Position numbers and translations under genes: made by a program
From: a virus
Taxonomy: Duplodnaviria > Heunggongvirae > Uroviricota > Caudoviricetes
Reading direction: 5' to 3' (one strand)
DNA: 20,298 nucleotides
Virus record (IMG/VR): IMGVR_UViG_2531839662_000026
Shown: in pieces, positions 1 to 8,585 of the stretch
Layout of the letters: the number at the start of each line of letters is the position of its first letter
Numbering within the stretch: position 1 is the stretch's first letter
The notes under the pieces: model-generated
Told to the model about the DNA's origin: nothing
Database searches by the model: none
Seen by the model: the letters and a program-made list of their open reading frames with translations, nothing else

Positions 1-258
1 ATGCAAACCGTTATTTTTGGTCGTTCGGGTTGCCCTTACTGTGTGCGTGCAAAAGATCTGGCTGAGAAATTGAGCAATGAACGCGATGATTTTCAGTATC
101 AGTATGTAGATATTCGTGCGGAAGGGATCACTAAAGAAGATCTACAACAAAAGGCAGGTAAACCCGTAGAAACCGTGCCGCAGATTTTTGTCGATCAGCA
201 ACATATCGGCGGCTATACCGATTTTGCTGCATGGGTGAAAGAAAATCTGGACGCCTGA
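1..258 (+). CDS. grxA: Glutaredoxin 1 (85 aa), complete
   Basis: ORF translation MQTVIFGRSGCPYCVRAKDLAEK... has the CPYC active site and matches my recollection of E. coli Grx1 along its full length; ATG at 1, TGA at 256-258. Confidence 0.93.
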   Translation: MQTVIFGRSGCPYCVRAKDLAEKLSNERDDFQYQYVDIRAEGITKEDLQQKAGKPVETVPQIFVDQQHIGGYTDFAAWVKENLDA

Positions 259-267
259 TCGTCTGAC

Positions 268-288
268 AAGCCCTCGCGTTGAGGGCTT
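268..288. terminator. Hairpin between convergent grxA and ybjM (aagccctc-gcgt-gagggctt), followed by a T-run on the + strand
   Basis: Inverted repeat read directly from sequence, followed by tttactgatttttt; position between two convergent stop codons. Confidence 0.5.
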
Positions 289-665
289 TACTGATTTTTT
301 CTGTGCTGTGGTTTAAACAAACTACTGATAAATAAGAAACACAGTGCCCCCAGCGCACACCAGAACACCGCGCTTAGTAACCATGCCAGCTCTTGCCAGA
401 ATGAGCGCGTCGGTGAAAAAAACAGCCGCATAATGAGCATCGAACAGGGTGCCGCCAGCATTGCGCCAAACAGAGGTTTCAGGACTTCTCTACGCTGTGA
501 AAAGAAGCTGGCGACTGCTCCAGGAAGAATGAAAAATAGCAAGCCGATTTCAGGATGCCCGGCAGCCCGAAAAGCGCCTTTCATGTGCGTCGCCAGAAAA
601 AGGCACACCACAATGAAGAGGACAAAACAGCAGATTGCCCCCGCCCAACGTTGTTTATGTTTCAC
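288..665 (-). CDS. ybjM: Inner membrane protein YbjM (125 aa)
   Basis: Hydrophobic 125-aa ORF MKHKQRWAGAICCFVLFIVV...; matches recalled YbjM and the conserved grxA-ybjM-ybjL neighbourhood. Start codon appears to be GTG. Confidence 0.8.
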   Translation of the reverse strand: MKHKQRWAGAICCFVLFIVVCLFLATHMKGAFRAAGHPEIGLLFFILPGAVASFFSQRREVLKPLFGAMLAAPCSMLIMRLFFSPTRSFWQELAWLLSAVFWCALGALCFLFISSLFKPQHRKNQ

Positions 666-934
666 TCGTTCCTCCTGACACTGCGTCTATCGAACACATT
701 TTTCGCCAGTGTGGCGTTCAGTAAGATAAAGCCGCTTCGCATTCCATGCTAATATAGGCCAACGCAATTCATATAGCCGTTGATACCTAATGTGATTACA
801 CTAGTAAAATATATTGTTACTTTACTATCGTTTAGGTGCGCTGAATGAATCTGCGCCCTGAATTCTGGTAAAAAACATTATCGTAAATTACCATTTCTTT
901 CAACAGCTTACTAGTAAACAAGAAGTTAGCCTCC

Positions 935-2620
935 GTGAATATAAACGTCGCCGAATTGTTAAATGGGAATTACATTCTGTTATTATTTGTGGTCCTCGCG
1001 CTTGGGCTATGTCTCGGAAAGTTACGACTTGGTTCGATCCAACTGGGTAATTCCATTGGCGTTTTAGTCGTATCGCTGTTATTAGGCCAACAACATTTCA
1101 GCATTAACACCGATGCGCTTAATCTTGGCTTTATGCTGTTTATTTTCTGCGTCGGGGTCGAAGCCGGACCGAACTTTTTTTCCATTTTTTTTCGCGATGG
1201 GAAAAATTACCTAATGTTAGCACTGGTGATGGTTGGCAGTGCGCTGGTGATCGCCTTAGGGTTAGGTAAGCTGTTTGGCTGGGATATTGGCCTGACGGCC
1301 GGTATGTTAGCAGGCTCTATGACGTCGACACCGGTTCTGGTCGGTGCTGGCGATACACTGCGTCATTCCGGCATGGAAAGCAGGCAGCTCTCACTGGCAC
1401 TGGATAATCTGAGCCTCGGGTATGCCTTAACCTATTTAATCGGTCTGGTGAGTTTGATTGTTGGTGCGCGTTACTTGCCGAAATTGCAGCATCAGGACTT
1501 ACAGACCAGCGCCCAGCAAATCGCCCGCGAACGTGGCCTGGACACTGATGCCAACCGTAAGGTTTATTTACCGGTGATCCGCGCCTATCGCGTCGGCCCG
1601 GAACTGGTGGCCTGGACCGACGGCAAAAATCTGCGTGAACTGGGTATTTATCGACAAACCGGCTGCTACATTGAACGTATTCGACGTAACGGGATTCTGG
1701 CAAATCCAGACGGTGATGCCGTGCTACAAATGGGCGATGAAATAGCGTTGGTAGGCTATCCCGACGCCCATGCCCGACTCGATCCCAGCTTCCGTAACGG
1801 TAAAGAAGTTTTCGATCGTGACCTTCTCGACATGCGTATCGTCACTGAAGAAGTGGTCGTTAAAAACCATAACGCTGTAGGTAAACGTCTCGCACAACTG
1901 AAGTTGACCGATCACGGTTGCTTCCTTAACCGCGTCATTCGTAGCCAGATTGAGATGCCGATAGATGACAACGTCGTGCTTAACAAAGGTGACGTTTTAC
2001 AAGTCAGCGGCGATGCCCGCCGCGTAAAAACCATCGCCGATCGCATCGGCTTTATCTCGATTCACAGCCAGGTCACTGACCTGCTGGCATTCTGCGCCTT
2101 CTTTGTTATTGGGCTGATGATCGGGATGATCACCTTCCAGTTCAGCACATTCAGTTTCGGCATGGGGAACGCTGCCGGGTTGTTATTCGCCGGAATTATG
2201 CTGGGCTTTATGCGTGCTAACCACCCGACCTTCGGTTACATTCCGCAGGGTGCATTAAGCATGGTGAAAGAGTTCGGCTTGATGGTGTTTATGGCAGGCG
2301 TTGGTCTGAGCGCCGGTAGCGGTATTAATAACGGCCTGGGCGCGATTGGCGGTCAGATGTTGATTGCCGGATTGATTGTCAGTCTGGTGCCCGTGGTTAT
2401 CTGTTTCTTGTTCGGTGCTTATGTATTGCGAATGAACCGCGCGCTGTTGTTCGGCGCAATGATGGGCGCACGTACCTGCGCGCCGGCAATGGAGATCATC
2501 AGTGATACAGCTCGCAGTAACATCCCGGCGCTGGGCTATGCGGGCACCTATGCAATCGCCAACGTCCTGCTGACGCTGGCAGGGACAATCATCGTCATGG
2601 TATGGCCAGGATTAGGATAA
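935..2620 (+). CDS. ybjL: Putative transport protein YbjL (561 aa, AAE-family transporter-like)
   Basis: 561-aa polytopic membrane [23 protein letters not shown]... matches recalled YbjL in sequence and length; GTG start at 935. Confidence 0.88.
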
Positions 2621-2732
2621 AACTGAAGTTGCCCTGAAAATGAAATTTTTTTGCACAACCGCAGAACTTTTCCGCAGGGCATCAGTCTTAATTAGTGCCA
2701 CTGCTTTTCTTTGATGTCCCCATTTTGTGGAG

Positions 2733-2775
2733 CCCATCAACCCCGCCATTTCGGTTCAAGGTTGATGGGTTTTTT
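2733..2775 (+). terminator. Rho-independent terminator candidate downstream of ybjL (cccatcaacc ... ggttgatggg + TTTTTT)
   Basis: 10-bp perfect inverted repeat with a ~17-nt loop followed by tttttt, read from sequence; lies in host DNA between the ybjL stop and the prophage boundary. Confidence 0.5.
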
Positions 2776-2833
2776 GTTGCCTGAAATTTAAGCTGTTTAA
2801 AATCATGATGTTAGAAACACTGTTTTTTAACGA

Positions 2834-2855
2834 TGGCGACAAAATGGCGGCAGCG
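2834..2855. repeat. attR core candidate (tggcgacaaaatggcggcagcg)
   Basis: Matches 21 of 22 bases to 20259-20280 inside the 3' end of int; sits immediately beyond the ogr stop, where attP lies in P2/186. Confidence 0.6.
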
Positions 2856-3074
2856 TCAAAGAGAGAGCGCCACCTGTCCTGATTTCATTGGATGCGGCTG
2901 AACCGGATTTGACTCTTTTGGCGTTGCAATCGAACGAACAAAAGTTTCATGGGTAACAAAAGTATGGCTGCAGTTAATGTTCTGGCACTGGTTGTAACGC
3001 TCTTTGGTCAATGAAGATACCTGAAAACTGCTGCGAGTATGGGCGGCACTTCCACACAGTGGGCAAATCATCAT
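2856..3074 (-). CDS. ogr: Late-gene transcription activator, Ogr (P2) / B (186) family zinc-finger protein, ~72 aa
   Basis: Translation MMICPLCGSAAHTRSSFQVSSLTKERYNQCQNINCSHTF... carries the C-x2-C...C-x4-C zinc finger and aligns with recalled P2 Ogr (MFHCPLCQHAAHARTS...KERYHQCQNVNCS). Start trimmed to the ATG at 3074; the ORF track extends upstream to 3107. Confidence 0.85.
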   Translation of the reverse strand: MMICPLCGSAAHTRSSFQVSSLTKERYNQCQNINCSHTFVTHETFVRSIATPKESNPVQPHPMKSGQVALSL

Positions 3075-3164
3075 TTTTCGAGCTCTCCCCATTTTTGCTA
3101 AATTCACAATAATGATACCGCATTATTCCATTTTGCAAACTTAAAAGTTCTCCATTGCGAAGAA

Positions 3165-4265
3165 TCATTCCATTTCGAAATCATCAATCCTCACTTCAAG
3201 CTCCAGACTGGTTGTAAAACCGTTATCCGGGCTGACGGTATGTGTCAGAGTCGTAATGGTCCATTCCGCATCATCTATCGGCTGTTTAAAACCACTGACC
3301 TTCACAGGCATTTCCGTGTAGAGATCTGCCCGCCCTTCTGCCAGTTGTAGCGAAAATGACGCAACGCCGCGTTGCAGGCGTTCCCACTGCATTTTCGCCG
3401 CTCGTTCGGCGTTGCTCCGGTTGGCATAAGTGCGATTAAGTACCAGCACGTTTTCATCCGTACCCACCAGGTAATCGCCCTGCTTCGCTTCTGGCTCTTT
3501 CTTCTGCTTCTTAGTTCTGCGCTTACGCTTCACCGTGGTGCTTTCTTTCTTCGCAGGTTCGCGGGTATGCAACCAGCTGGCAATTACGCCCGTGTAGGCT
3601 CCGCGATCTGCCAGGGTAAATCGGTGACTGTCGCCGTCCTTGCGTGTGATAGTGATCACTGGCAGAGGTTTACCAGTGGCGCTTTTGCCCTGCCCCTGCC
3701 GGATGAATAACAGATTGCCATTTTTCACCGACGCGATGGCACCGTACTGTCGCGCCAGCCGCATCAGAAAACTGCCGTCACTCTCATTAGTCTGGTCTAT
3801 ATGCTCCACGGGCTTATCCGACAGGTCTTTACCCAGTGCCATCTTCAGCTTGTGCCGCGCGGCTATTTCCTTCACCACTTCCCCGACGGTGGTCTTATGC
3901 CACGATTTTTCACGGCGGGTATTCAGCGTTTCCCGAAAATCAGCACTTCGCGCCCGGATAGTCAGGCGGTCCGGTGCGCCAGTGTGTTCAATCTCGTCCA
4001 CTGTGAATGCCCCTTTCGGGAAAAGCGGCTGCCCCTTCCAGCCCAGCGCCAGCGTAATAACCGCACCACGGCGCGGCAGCACGATTTTTCCGTCAGCGTC
4101 ATCCAGCTCCAGATCAAGCTGGTCCGCTTCAAAGCCCCGGTTATCCGTCAGCGTCAAACTCATCAGGCGGTTATCCAGCACAGTGGTGATATCCCTGCCC
4201 TCAATACTGATGCTGAATGCGGGAGTTTTGTTGCCTTTGTTAAGCAGTTCAGAGCTGAAATTCAC
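3165..4265 (-). CDS. D: Phage tail protein D (P2 gpD homologue)
   Basis: 366-aa ORF with ...LTDNRGFEADQLDLELDDADGKIVLPRRGAVITLALGW..., matching recalled P2 gpD; located between U' and ogr as in P2. Start probably GTG, overlapping the U stop. Confidence 0.85.
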   Translation of the reverse strand: MNFSSELLNKGNKTPAFSISIEGRDITTVLDNRLMSLTLTDNRGFEADQLDLELDDADGKIVLPRRGAVITLALGWKGQPLFPKGAFTVDEIEHTGAPDRLTIRARSADFRETLNTRREKSWHKTTVGEVVKEIAARHKLKMALGKDLSDKPVEHIDQTNESDGSFLMRLARQYGAIASVKNGNLLFIRQGQGKSATGKPLPVITITRKDGDSHRFTLADRGAYTGVIASWLHTREPAKKESTTVKRKRRTKKQKKEPEAKQGDYLVGTDENVLVLNRTYANRSNAERAAKMQWERLQRGVASFSLQLAEGRADLYTEMPVKVSGFKQPIDDAEWTITTLTHTVSPDNGFTTSLELEVRIDDFEME

Positions 4266-4660
4266 GACAGCAGCCCTCCCACCGTTTTACTGATATCGCT
4301 TAAGGCAGACGTTGCCGTGTCCTGCAGATTATTCAGTTGCGCACTGAGATCACCGAACATATCGGACAGGGATTCATCCACTCGTTTGAGCGACAGGGTG
4401 AACTCAATCCGGCGCGGCATACCGTCGCGGAAAAACTCCGTTTTAGTCTGATTCAGTCCCTCAATCACATACATGCCGTAAATCGTGCCGCTGCCTTCAA
4501 TCAGGGGCCATGCTTTCCCCTGTTCTGCCATCTGCTCCAGTGCCAGCAACGACAGCCTGCCGCCTGTTATTTCCGGCATAAGAACACCGGAAAGCGTCAG
4601 CATGTCGTTTTCCGGTCCCAGAAACTGCGTGGACGGACGTCGGTTTAACGCACCTCCGGT
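4262..4660 (-). pseudogene. U: 5'-truncated tail protein U gene (P2 gpU homologue), fused to an N fragment by an internal deletion
   Basis: ORF 4262-4603 (...GVLMPEITGGRLSLLALEQMAEQGKAWPLIEGSGTIYGMYVIEG...) resembles the C-terminal two-thirds of gpU. The same frame stays open upstream to about 4660 without a start codon, then meets a stop at the junction with N'. Confidence 0.6.
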
Positions 4661-4661
4661 C

Positions 4662-4760
4662 TACGGTGAACTTGCTGGACAGTTCTTCAACTGCCACACC
4701 GTTCAGACGCGCCAGTTGCTGCAGATAAGCGTTAAAAGCAAAGCGGGTATTCTTCTTCAT
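4662..4760 (-). pseudogene. N: Remnant of major capsid protein gene N (first ~33 codons only)
   Basis: ORF 4497-4760 begins MKKNTRFAFNAYLQQLARLNGVAVEELSSKFTV, which matches the recalled N-terminus of P2 gpN (MRQETRFKFNAYLSRVAELNGIDAGDVSKKFTV); similarity ends abruptly after FTV. Sits 16 nt downstream of O, as N does in P2. Confidence 0.6.
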
Positions 4761-4776
4761 CAGGTTTTGTGCTCCA

Positions 4777-5610
4777 TCAGCAATTGGTCAGAGTGTCAGC
4801 GGGGGCGTTACCGCCTGTTGCACGCTGGCGGTAGTCCTGGCGGCTGTCTTCATGGCTCAGCTTGTCCACCAGTTCGTTAAAGGCGGTCTGCTGTGCCTGC
4901 AGGGCAGTCTCCAGCTCAGACAGGCGTTCTTCCTGCTCAGACAGGGATTTTTCGGTGCGCGCACTCAGGTTCTGCTGCTCAGTGGCGACCAGTTCCACGG
5001 CCTTATGCACATCAGAGAACCGGGCGTCATCGGACTGCTCTTTTTTGGTGAACAGCGCCGTGACACGGGCAAACAGGGACGGTTTGTCATCCTGGATTTC
5101 TTCCAGTTCGATCACCGTTTCCTCTGCAGCGGTAAAAAGATTGGCGGGATTCTGCTTGCGGTTTGCCAGCGGGTTATGGGCTGCACTGGCGCTGAATGTC
5201 AGCATTTCAGTGCCCAGACTGGCAGGGTCATCAGTGGCAGCCAGGCCGACCAGGTAGGCTTTGCCCGTATCAGCGAACTTCGGGCTAACTTCCATAGATG
5301 TGAATAATTTCTGGCCTTTTTTCACCAGTTCCACCAGGGACTCCGTTGGCTCAACGTCGGCATACAGCGCCATCTTGCCTGCCAGCGGACCTTCCTTGAT
5401 TTCTTCAGCAAACAGCGCCGTCACCTTGCCGTAGCGGTTAAAGGTGCTGTCCGGCAGATAAGACTTGATGTGCTCAAGGTTAATCAGCGCGGTATACACC
5501 GCCGGGTTGTAGCTGGCTGCCATCTGTTCCAGCCATTCACGCTGGATTTCGCGTCCGTCGGTGGTGGCACCTTCCACCCCGATGCGAAAACGCTTTGCTT
5601 TCACTGTCAT
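4777..5610 (-). CDS. O: Capsid scaffolding protein (P2 gpO homologue)
   Basis: 277-aa ORF with FRIGVEGATTDGREI...INLEH...YLVGLAATDDPASLGTEML...KATGG...; matches recalled P2 gpO; divergent from P as in P2. Confidence 0.88.
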   Translation of the reverse strand: MTVKAKRFRIGVEGATTDGREIQREWLEQMAASYNPAVYTALINLEHIKSYLPDSTFNRYGKVTALFAEEIKEGPLAGKMALYADVEPTESLVELVKKGQKLFTSMEVSPKFADTGKAYLVGLAATDDPASLGTEMLTFSASAAHNPLANRKQNPANLFTAAEETVIELEEIQDDKPSLFARVTALFTKKEQSDDARFSDVHKAVELVATEQQNLSARTEKSLSEQEERLSELETALQAQQTAFNELVDKLSHEDSRQDYRQRATGGNAPADTLTNC

Positions 5611-5688
5611 GAGCCGTGCTCCGTTAGAAAAAACTTACTGGAGCCTTATGGTTGCGGTGATGGGGGCAGTGAAACAATGCGCGGTATT

Positions 5689-5706
5689 TGTACCGACAAC
5701 CACACA
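5689..5706. promoter_or_regulatory. TGT-N12-ACA dyad (tgtaccgacaaccacaca), candidate Ogr/B-dependent late promoter element in the O/P divergent intergenic region
   Basis: Motif read from sequence. P2-family late promoters carry a TGT-N12-ACA activator site upstream of the -35 position; this one lies ~87 bp upstream of the O start codon. Confidence 0.3.
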
Positions 5707-5752
5707 AACCGCAGGCGGGGAAAGCCTTCATTCAAGGTTGTAGGTTTGTGCC

Positions 5753-7519
5753 ATGAACACCACACTGACACCCGCAGATCTCGATCCCCGTCGGCAGGCC
5801 ATGCTGCTGTACTTTCAGGGATACCGCGTAGCCCGCATTGCTGAAATGCTGGGCGAGAAAGTTGCAACCGTTCACAGCTGGAAAAAACGCGACAAGTGGG
5901 GTGACTATGGGCCGCTGGATCAGATGCAGCTCACCACCGCCGCACGCTACTGCCAGCTCATCATGAAGGAGCACAAAGAAGGGAAAGATTTCAAAGAGAT
6001 TGACCTGCTGGCGCGCCAGTCGGAGCGCCACGCGCGGATCGGCAAGTTTAACAATGGCGGCAACGAAGCCGACTTAAACCCTAACGTCGCCAACCGCAAT
6101 AAAGGCCCACGCCGTCAGCCGGAAAAGAATGTTTTCACCGATGAGCAGATTGAGAAGCTGGAAGAAATCTTCCATTCCTCCATGTTCAACTACCAGCGCC
6201 ACTGGTGGGAAGCCGGAAAAACCAACCGCATCCGCAACCTGCTGAAGTCACGCCAGATCGGCGCGACCTTTTACTTTGCCCGTGAAGCCCTGATTGACGC
6301 CCTGCTTACCGGACGTAACCAGATTTTCCTTTCCGCCAGCAAGGCACAGGCCCACGTCTTTAAGCAGTACATCATCGACTTCGCCAAAGAAGTGGGGGTG
6401 GAGTTGAAAGGCGATCCGATGGTGCTTCCTAACGGGGCCACGCTTTACTTCCTCGGCACCAATGCCCGCACGGCCCAGAGTTATCACGGCAACCTGTATC
6501 TGGATGAATATTTCTGGATACCGAAATTCCAGGAGCTGCGCAAAGTGGCTTCCGGTATGGCTATTCACAAAAAATGGCGACAAACCTATTTTTCCACGCC
6601 ATCCAGCCTGACACACAGTGCTTATCCGTTCTGGTCCGGTGCGCTGTTCAACCGTGGGCGCAACAAGGCCGACAAGGTGGACATCGACCTGTCCCACAGC
6701 AATCTGGCCCCCGGCCTGCTGTGCGCAGACGGGCAATACCGCCAGATAGTCACCGTGGAAGATGCGGTGCGCGGCGGCTGTAACCTGTTCGACCTTGACC
6801 AGTTGCGCATGGAGTACAGCCCGGACGAATACCAGAACCTGCTGATGTGCGAGTTTGTGGACGATCTCGCGTCCGTATTTCCGCTCAGCGAGCTGCAGGC
6901 GTGCATGGTGGACAGCTGGGAAGTCTGGACCGACTTTCATGCACTGGCTCTGCGCCCGTTTGGCTGGCGCGAAGTGTGGATCGGTTATGACCCGGCAAAA
7001 GGTACGCAAAACGGCGACAGCGCCGGATGCGTGGTGGTGGCACCGCCAGCCGTGCCTGGTGGTAAGTTCCGCATTCTTGAGCGTCACCAGTGGCGCGGGA
7101 TGGACTTCCGCGCCCAGGCTGACGCCATCAAAAAACTGACCGAACAGTACAACGTGACCTATATCGGTATCGACTCAACCGGCGTTGGTCACGGGGTTTA
7201 TGAGAACGTGAAAGCGTTCTTTCCTGCCGTCCGGGAGTTTGTCTACAACCCCAATGTTAAAAACGCCCTGGTACTCAAGGCCTACGACATTATCAGCCAC
7301 CGCCGTCTGGAGTTTGACGCCGGGCACACCGACATTGCGCAGTCATTTATGGCAATCCGTCGCGCTACCACTGCCAGTGGCAACCGCCCGACCTATGAAG
7401 CCAGCCGCAGCGAAGAAGCCAGCCATGCCGATCTGGCCTGGGCAACAATGCACGCACTGTTTAACGAACCGCTGCAGGGCGAGTCCGCCAATACCAGCAA
7501 TATTGTGGAGATTTTTTGA
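5753..7519 (+). CDS. P: Terminase large (ATPase) subunit (P2 gpP homologue)
   Basis: 588-aa ORF MNTTLTPADLDPRRQAMLLYFQGYRVARIAEMLG... matches recalled P2 gpP in sequence and length; stop overlaps the Q start (tgATG). Confidence 0.9.
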   Translation: MNTTLTPADLDPRRQAMLLYFQGYRVARIAEMLGEKVATVHSWKKRDKWGDYGPLDQMQLTTAARYCQLIMKEHKEGKDFKEIDLLARQSERHARIGKFNNGGNEADLNPNVANRNKGPRRQPEKNVFTDEQIEKLEEIFHSSMFNYQRHWWEAGKTNRIRNLLKSRQIGATFYFAREALIDALLTGRNQIFLSASKAQAHVFKQYIIDFAKEVGVELKGDPMVLPNGATLYFLGTNARTAQSYHGNLYLDEYFWIPKFQELRKVASGMAIHKKWRQTYFSTPSSLTHSAYPFWSGALFNRGRNKADKVDIDLSHSNLAPGLLCADGQYRQIVTVEDAVRGGCNLFDLDQLRMEYSPDEYQNLLMCEFVDDLASVFPLSELQACMVDSWEVWTDFHALALRPFGWREVWIGYDPAKGTQNGDSAGCVVVAPPAVPGGKFRILERHQWRGMDFRAQADAIKKLTEQYNVTYIGIDSTGVGHGVYENVKAFFPAVREFVYNPNVKNALVLKAYDIISHRRLEFDAGHTDIAQSFMAIRRATTASGNRPTYEASRSEEASHADLAWATMHALFNEPLQGESANTSNIVEIF

Positions 7520-8553
7520 TGGGAAAGAGTAAGAAGAACCGCGCTGCGTCGACGAAACAGATCCAGCATAAAAGCCAGACTTCAGCCGAAGCATTCAGCT
7601 TCGGTGATCCCGTTCCTGTTCTGGACCGCCGCGAACTGCTGGACTATGTGGAATGCGTACAGATGGAGTGTTGGTACGAGCCACCCGTAAGTTTTGACGG
7701 ACTGGCGCGCACCTTCCGGGCTGCCGTGCATCACAGTTCCCCGATTGCAGTAAAGTGCAACATTCTGACCAGTACCTATATCCCTCATCCGCTGCTCAGC
7801 CAACAGGCTTTTTCGCGTTTTGTACAGGACTATCTGGTATTTGGTAACGCCTACCTGGAGAAACGCACGAACCGATTCGGTGAAGTTATCGCCCTTGAGC
7901 CTGCGCTGGCAAAATACACCCGACGCGGGTTAGACCTGGATACCTACTGGTTTGTGCAATACGGTATGACAACCCAGCCGTATCAGTTCACGAAAGGCAG
8001 CATTTTTCAGCTGATGGAACCGGACATCAACCAGGAGATCTACGGCCTGCCCGGCTATCTTTCTGCCATCCCATCCGCTTTGCTCAACGAGTCCGCCACG
8101 CTGTTCCGCCGCAAGTATTACATTAACGGCAGTCATGCCGGCTTCATCATGTACATGACCGATGCCGCGCAGAACCAGGAGGATGTGAACAACCTCCGCA
8201 ACGCAATGAAAAGCGCCAAAGGTCCGGGTAACTTCCGCAATCTGTTTATGTACTCGCCTAATGGTAAAAAAGACGGACTTCAGATTATCCCGTTGTCAGA
8301 AGTCGCAGCGAAGGATGAATTTCTGAATATCAAAAATGTTAGTCGCGATGACATGATGGCGGCACACCGCGTGCCGCCACAGATGATGGGGATAATGCCA
8401 AATAATGTTGGGGGGTTTGGGGATGTGGAGAAGGCAAGTAATGTATTTGTACGCAATGAACTAATACCATTGCAAAAAAGATTTGAAGAGTTAAATGTTT
8501 GGTTAAAAGAAAAAGTGATACAGTTCGAAGAATATAAACTTCATTCAAATTAG
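7519..8553 (+). CDS. Q: Portal (capsid vertex) protein (P2 gpQ homologue)
   Basis: 344-aa ORF MGKSKKNRA...FSFGDPVPVLDRRELLDYVEC...LARTFRAAVHHSSPIAVKCNILTSTYIPHP... matches recalled P2 gpQ closely. Start set at the ATG at 7519. Confidence 0.9.
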   Translation: MGKSKKNRAASTKQIQHKSQTSAEAFSFGDPVPVLDRRELLDYVECVQMECWYEPPVSFDGLARTFRAAVHHSSPIAVKCNILTSTYIPHPLLSQQAFSRFVQDYLVFGNAYLEKRTNRFGEVIALEPALAKYTRRGLDLDTYWFVQYGMTTQPYQFTKGSIFQLMEPDINQEIYGLPGYLSAIPSALLNESATLFRRKYYINGSHAGFIMYMTDAAQNQEDVNNLRNAMKSAKGPGNFRNLFMYSPNGKKDGLQIIPLSEVAAKDEFLNIKNVSRDDMMAAHRVPPQMMGIMPNNVGGFGDVEKASNVFVRNELIPLQKRFEELNVWLKEKVIQFEEYKLHSN

Positions 8554-8559
8554 CTTTAA

Positions 8560-8578
8560 GGCTGCCAGTTTGGCAGCC
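8560..8578. terminator. Hairpin (ggctgcca-gtt-tggcagcc) between convergent Q and the ATPase cargo gene
   Basis: Perfect 8-bp inverted repeat in the 32-bp gap between two convergent stop codons. No strong T-run, so termination efficiency is uncertain. Confidence 0.35.
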
Positions 8579-8585
8579 AGAACCT

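Noticed and set aside
433-752. + strand ORFs of 81 and 65 aa overlapping ybjM
   Set aside because: Antisense to the conserved ybjM frame.
3372-4451. Three long + strand ORFs (112, 217 and 216 aa) overlapping the D gene
   Set aside because: They are antisense to a well-conserved gpD reading frame, their low-complexity S/R/P-rich translations have no recognisable motifs, and they are typical shadow ORFs of a GC-rich coding region.
4852-5307. + strand ORFs of 151 and 131 aa inside the O gene
   Set aside because: Antisense to the conserved scaffold gene; no RBS or motif support.
6248-7087. 279-aa - strand ORF inside the terminase gene P, with smaller ORFs at 6574-7139
   Set aside because: Antisense to the conserved terminase reading frame; arginine/histidine-rich shadow translation.
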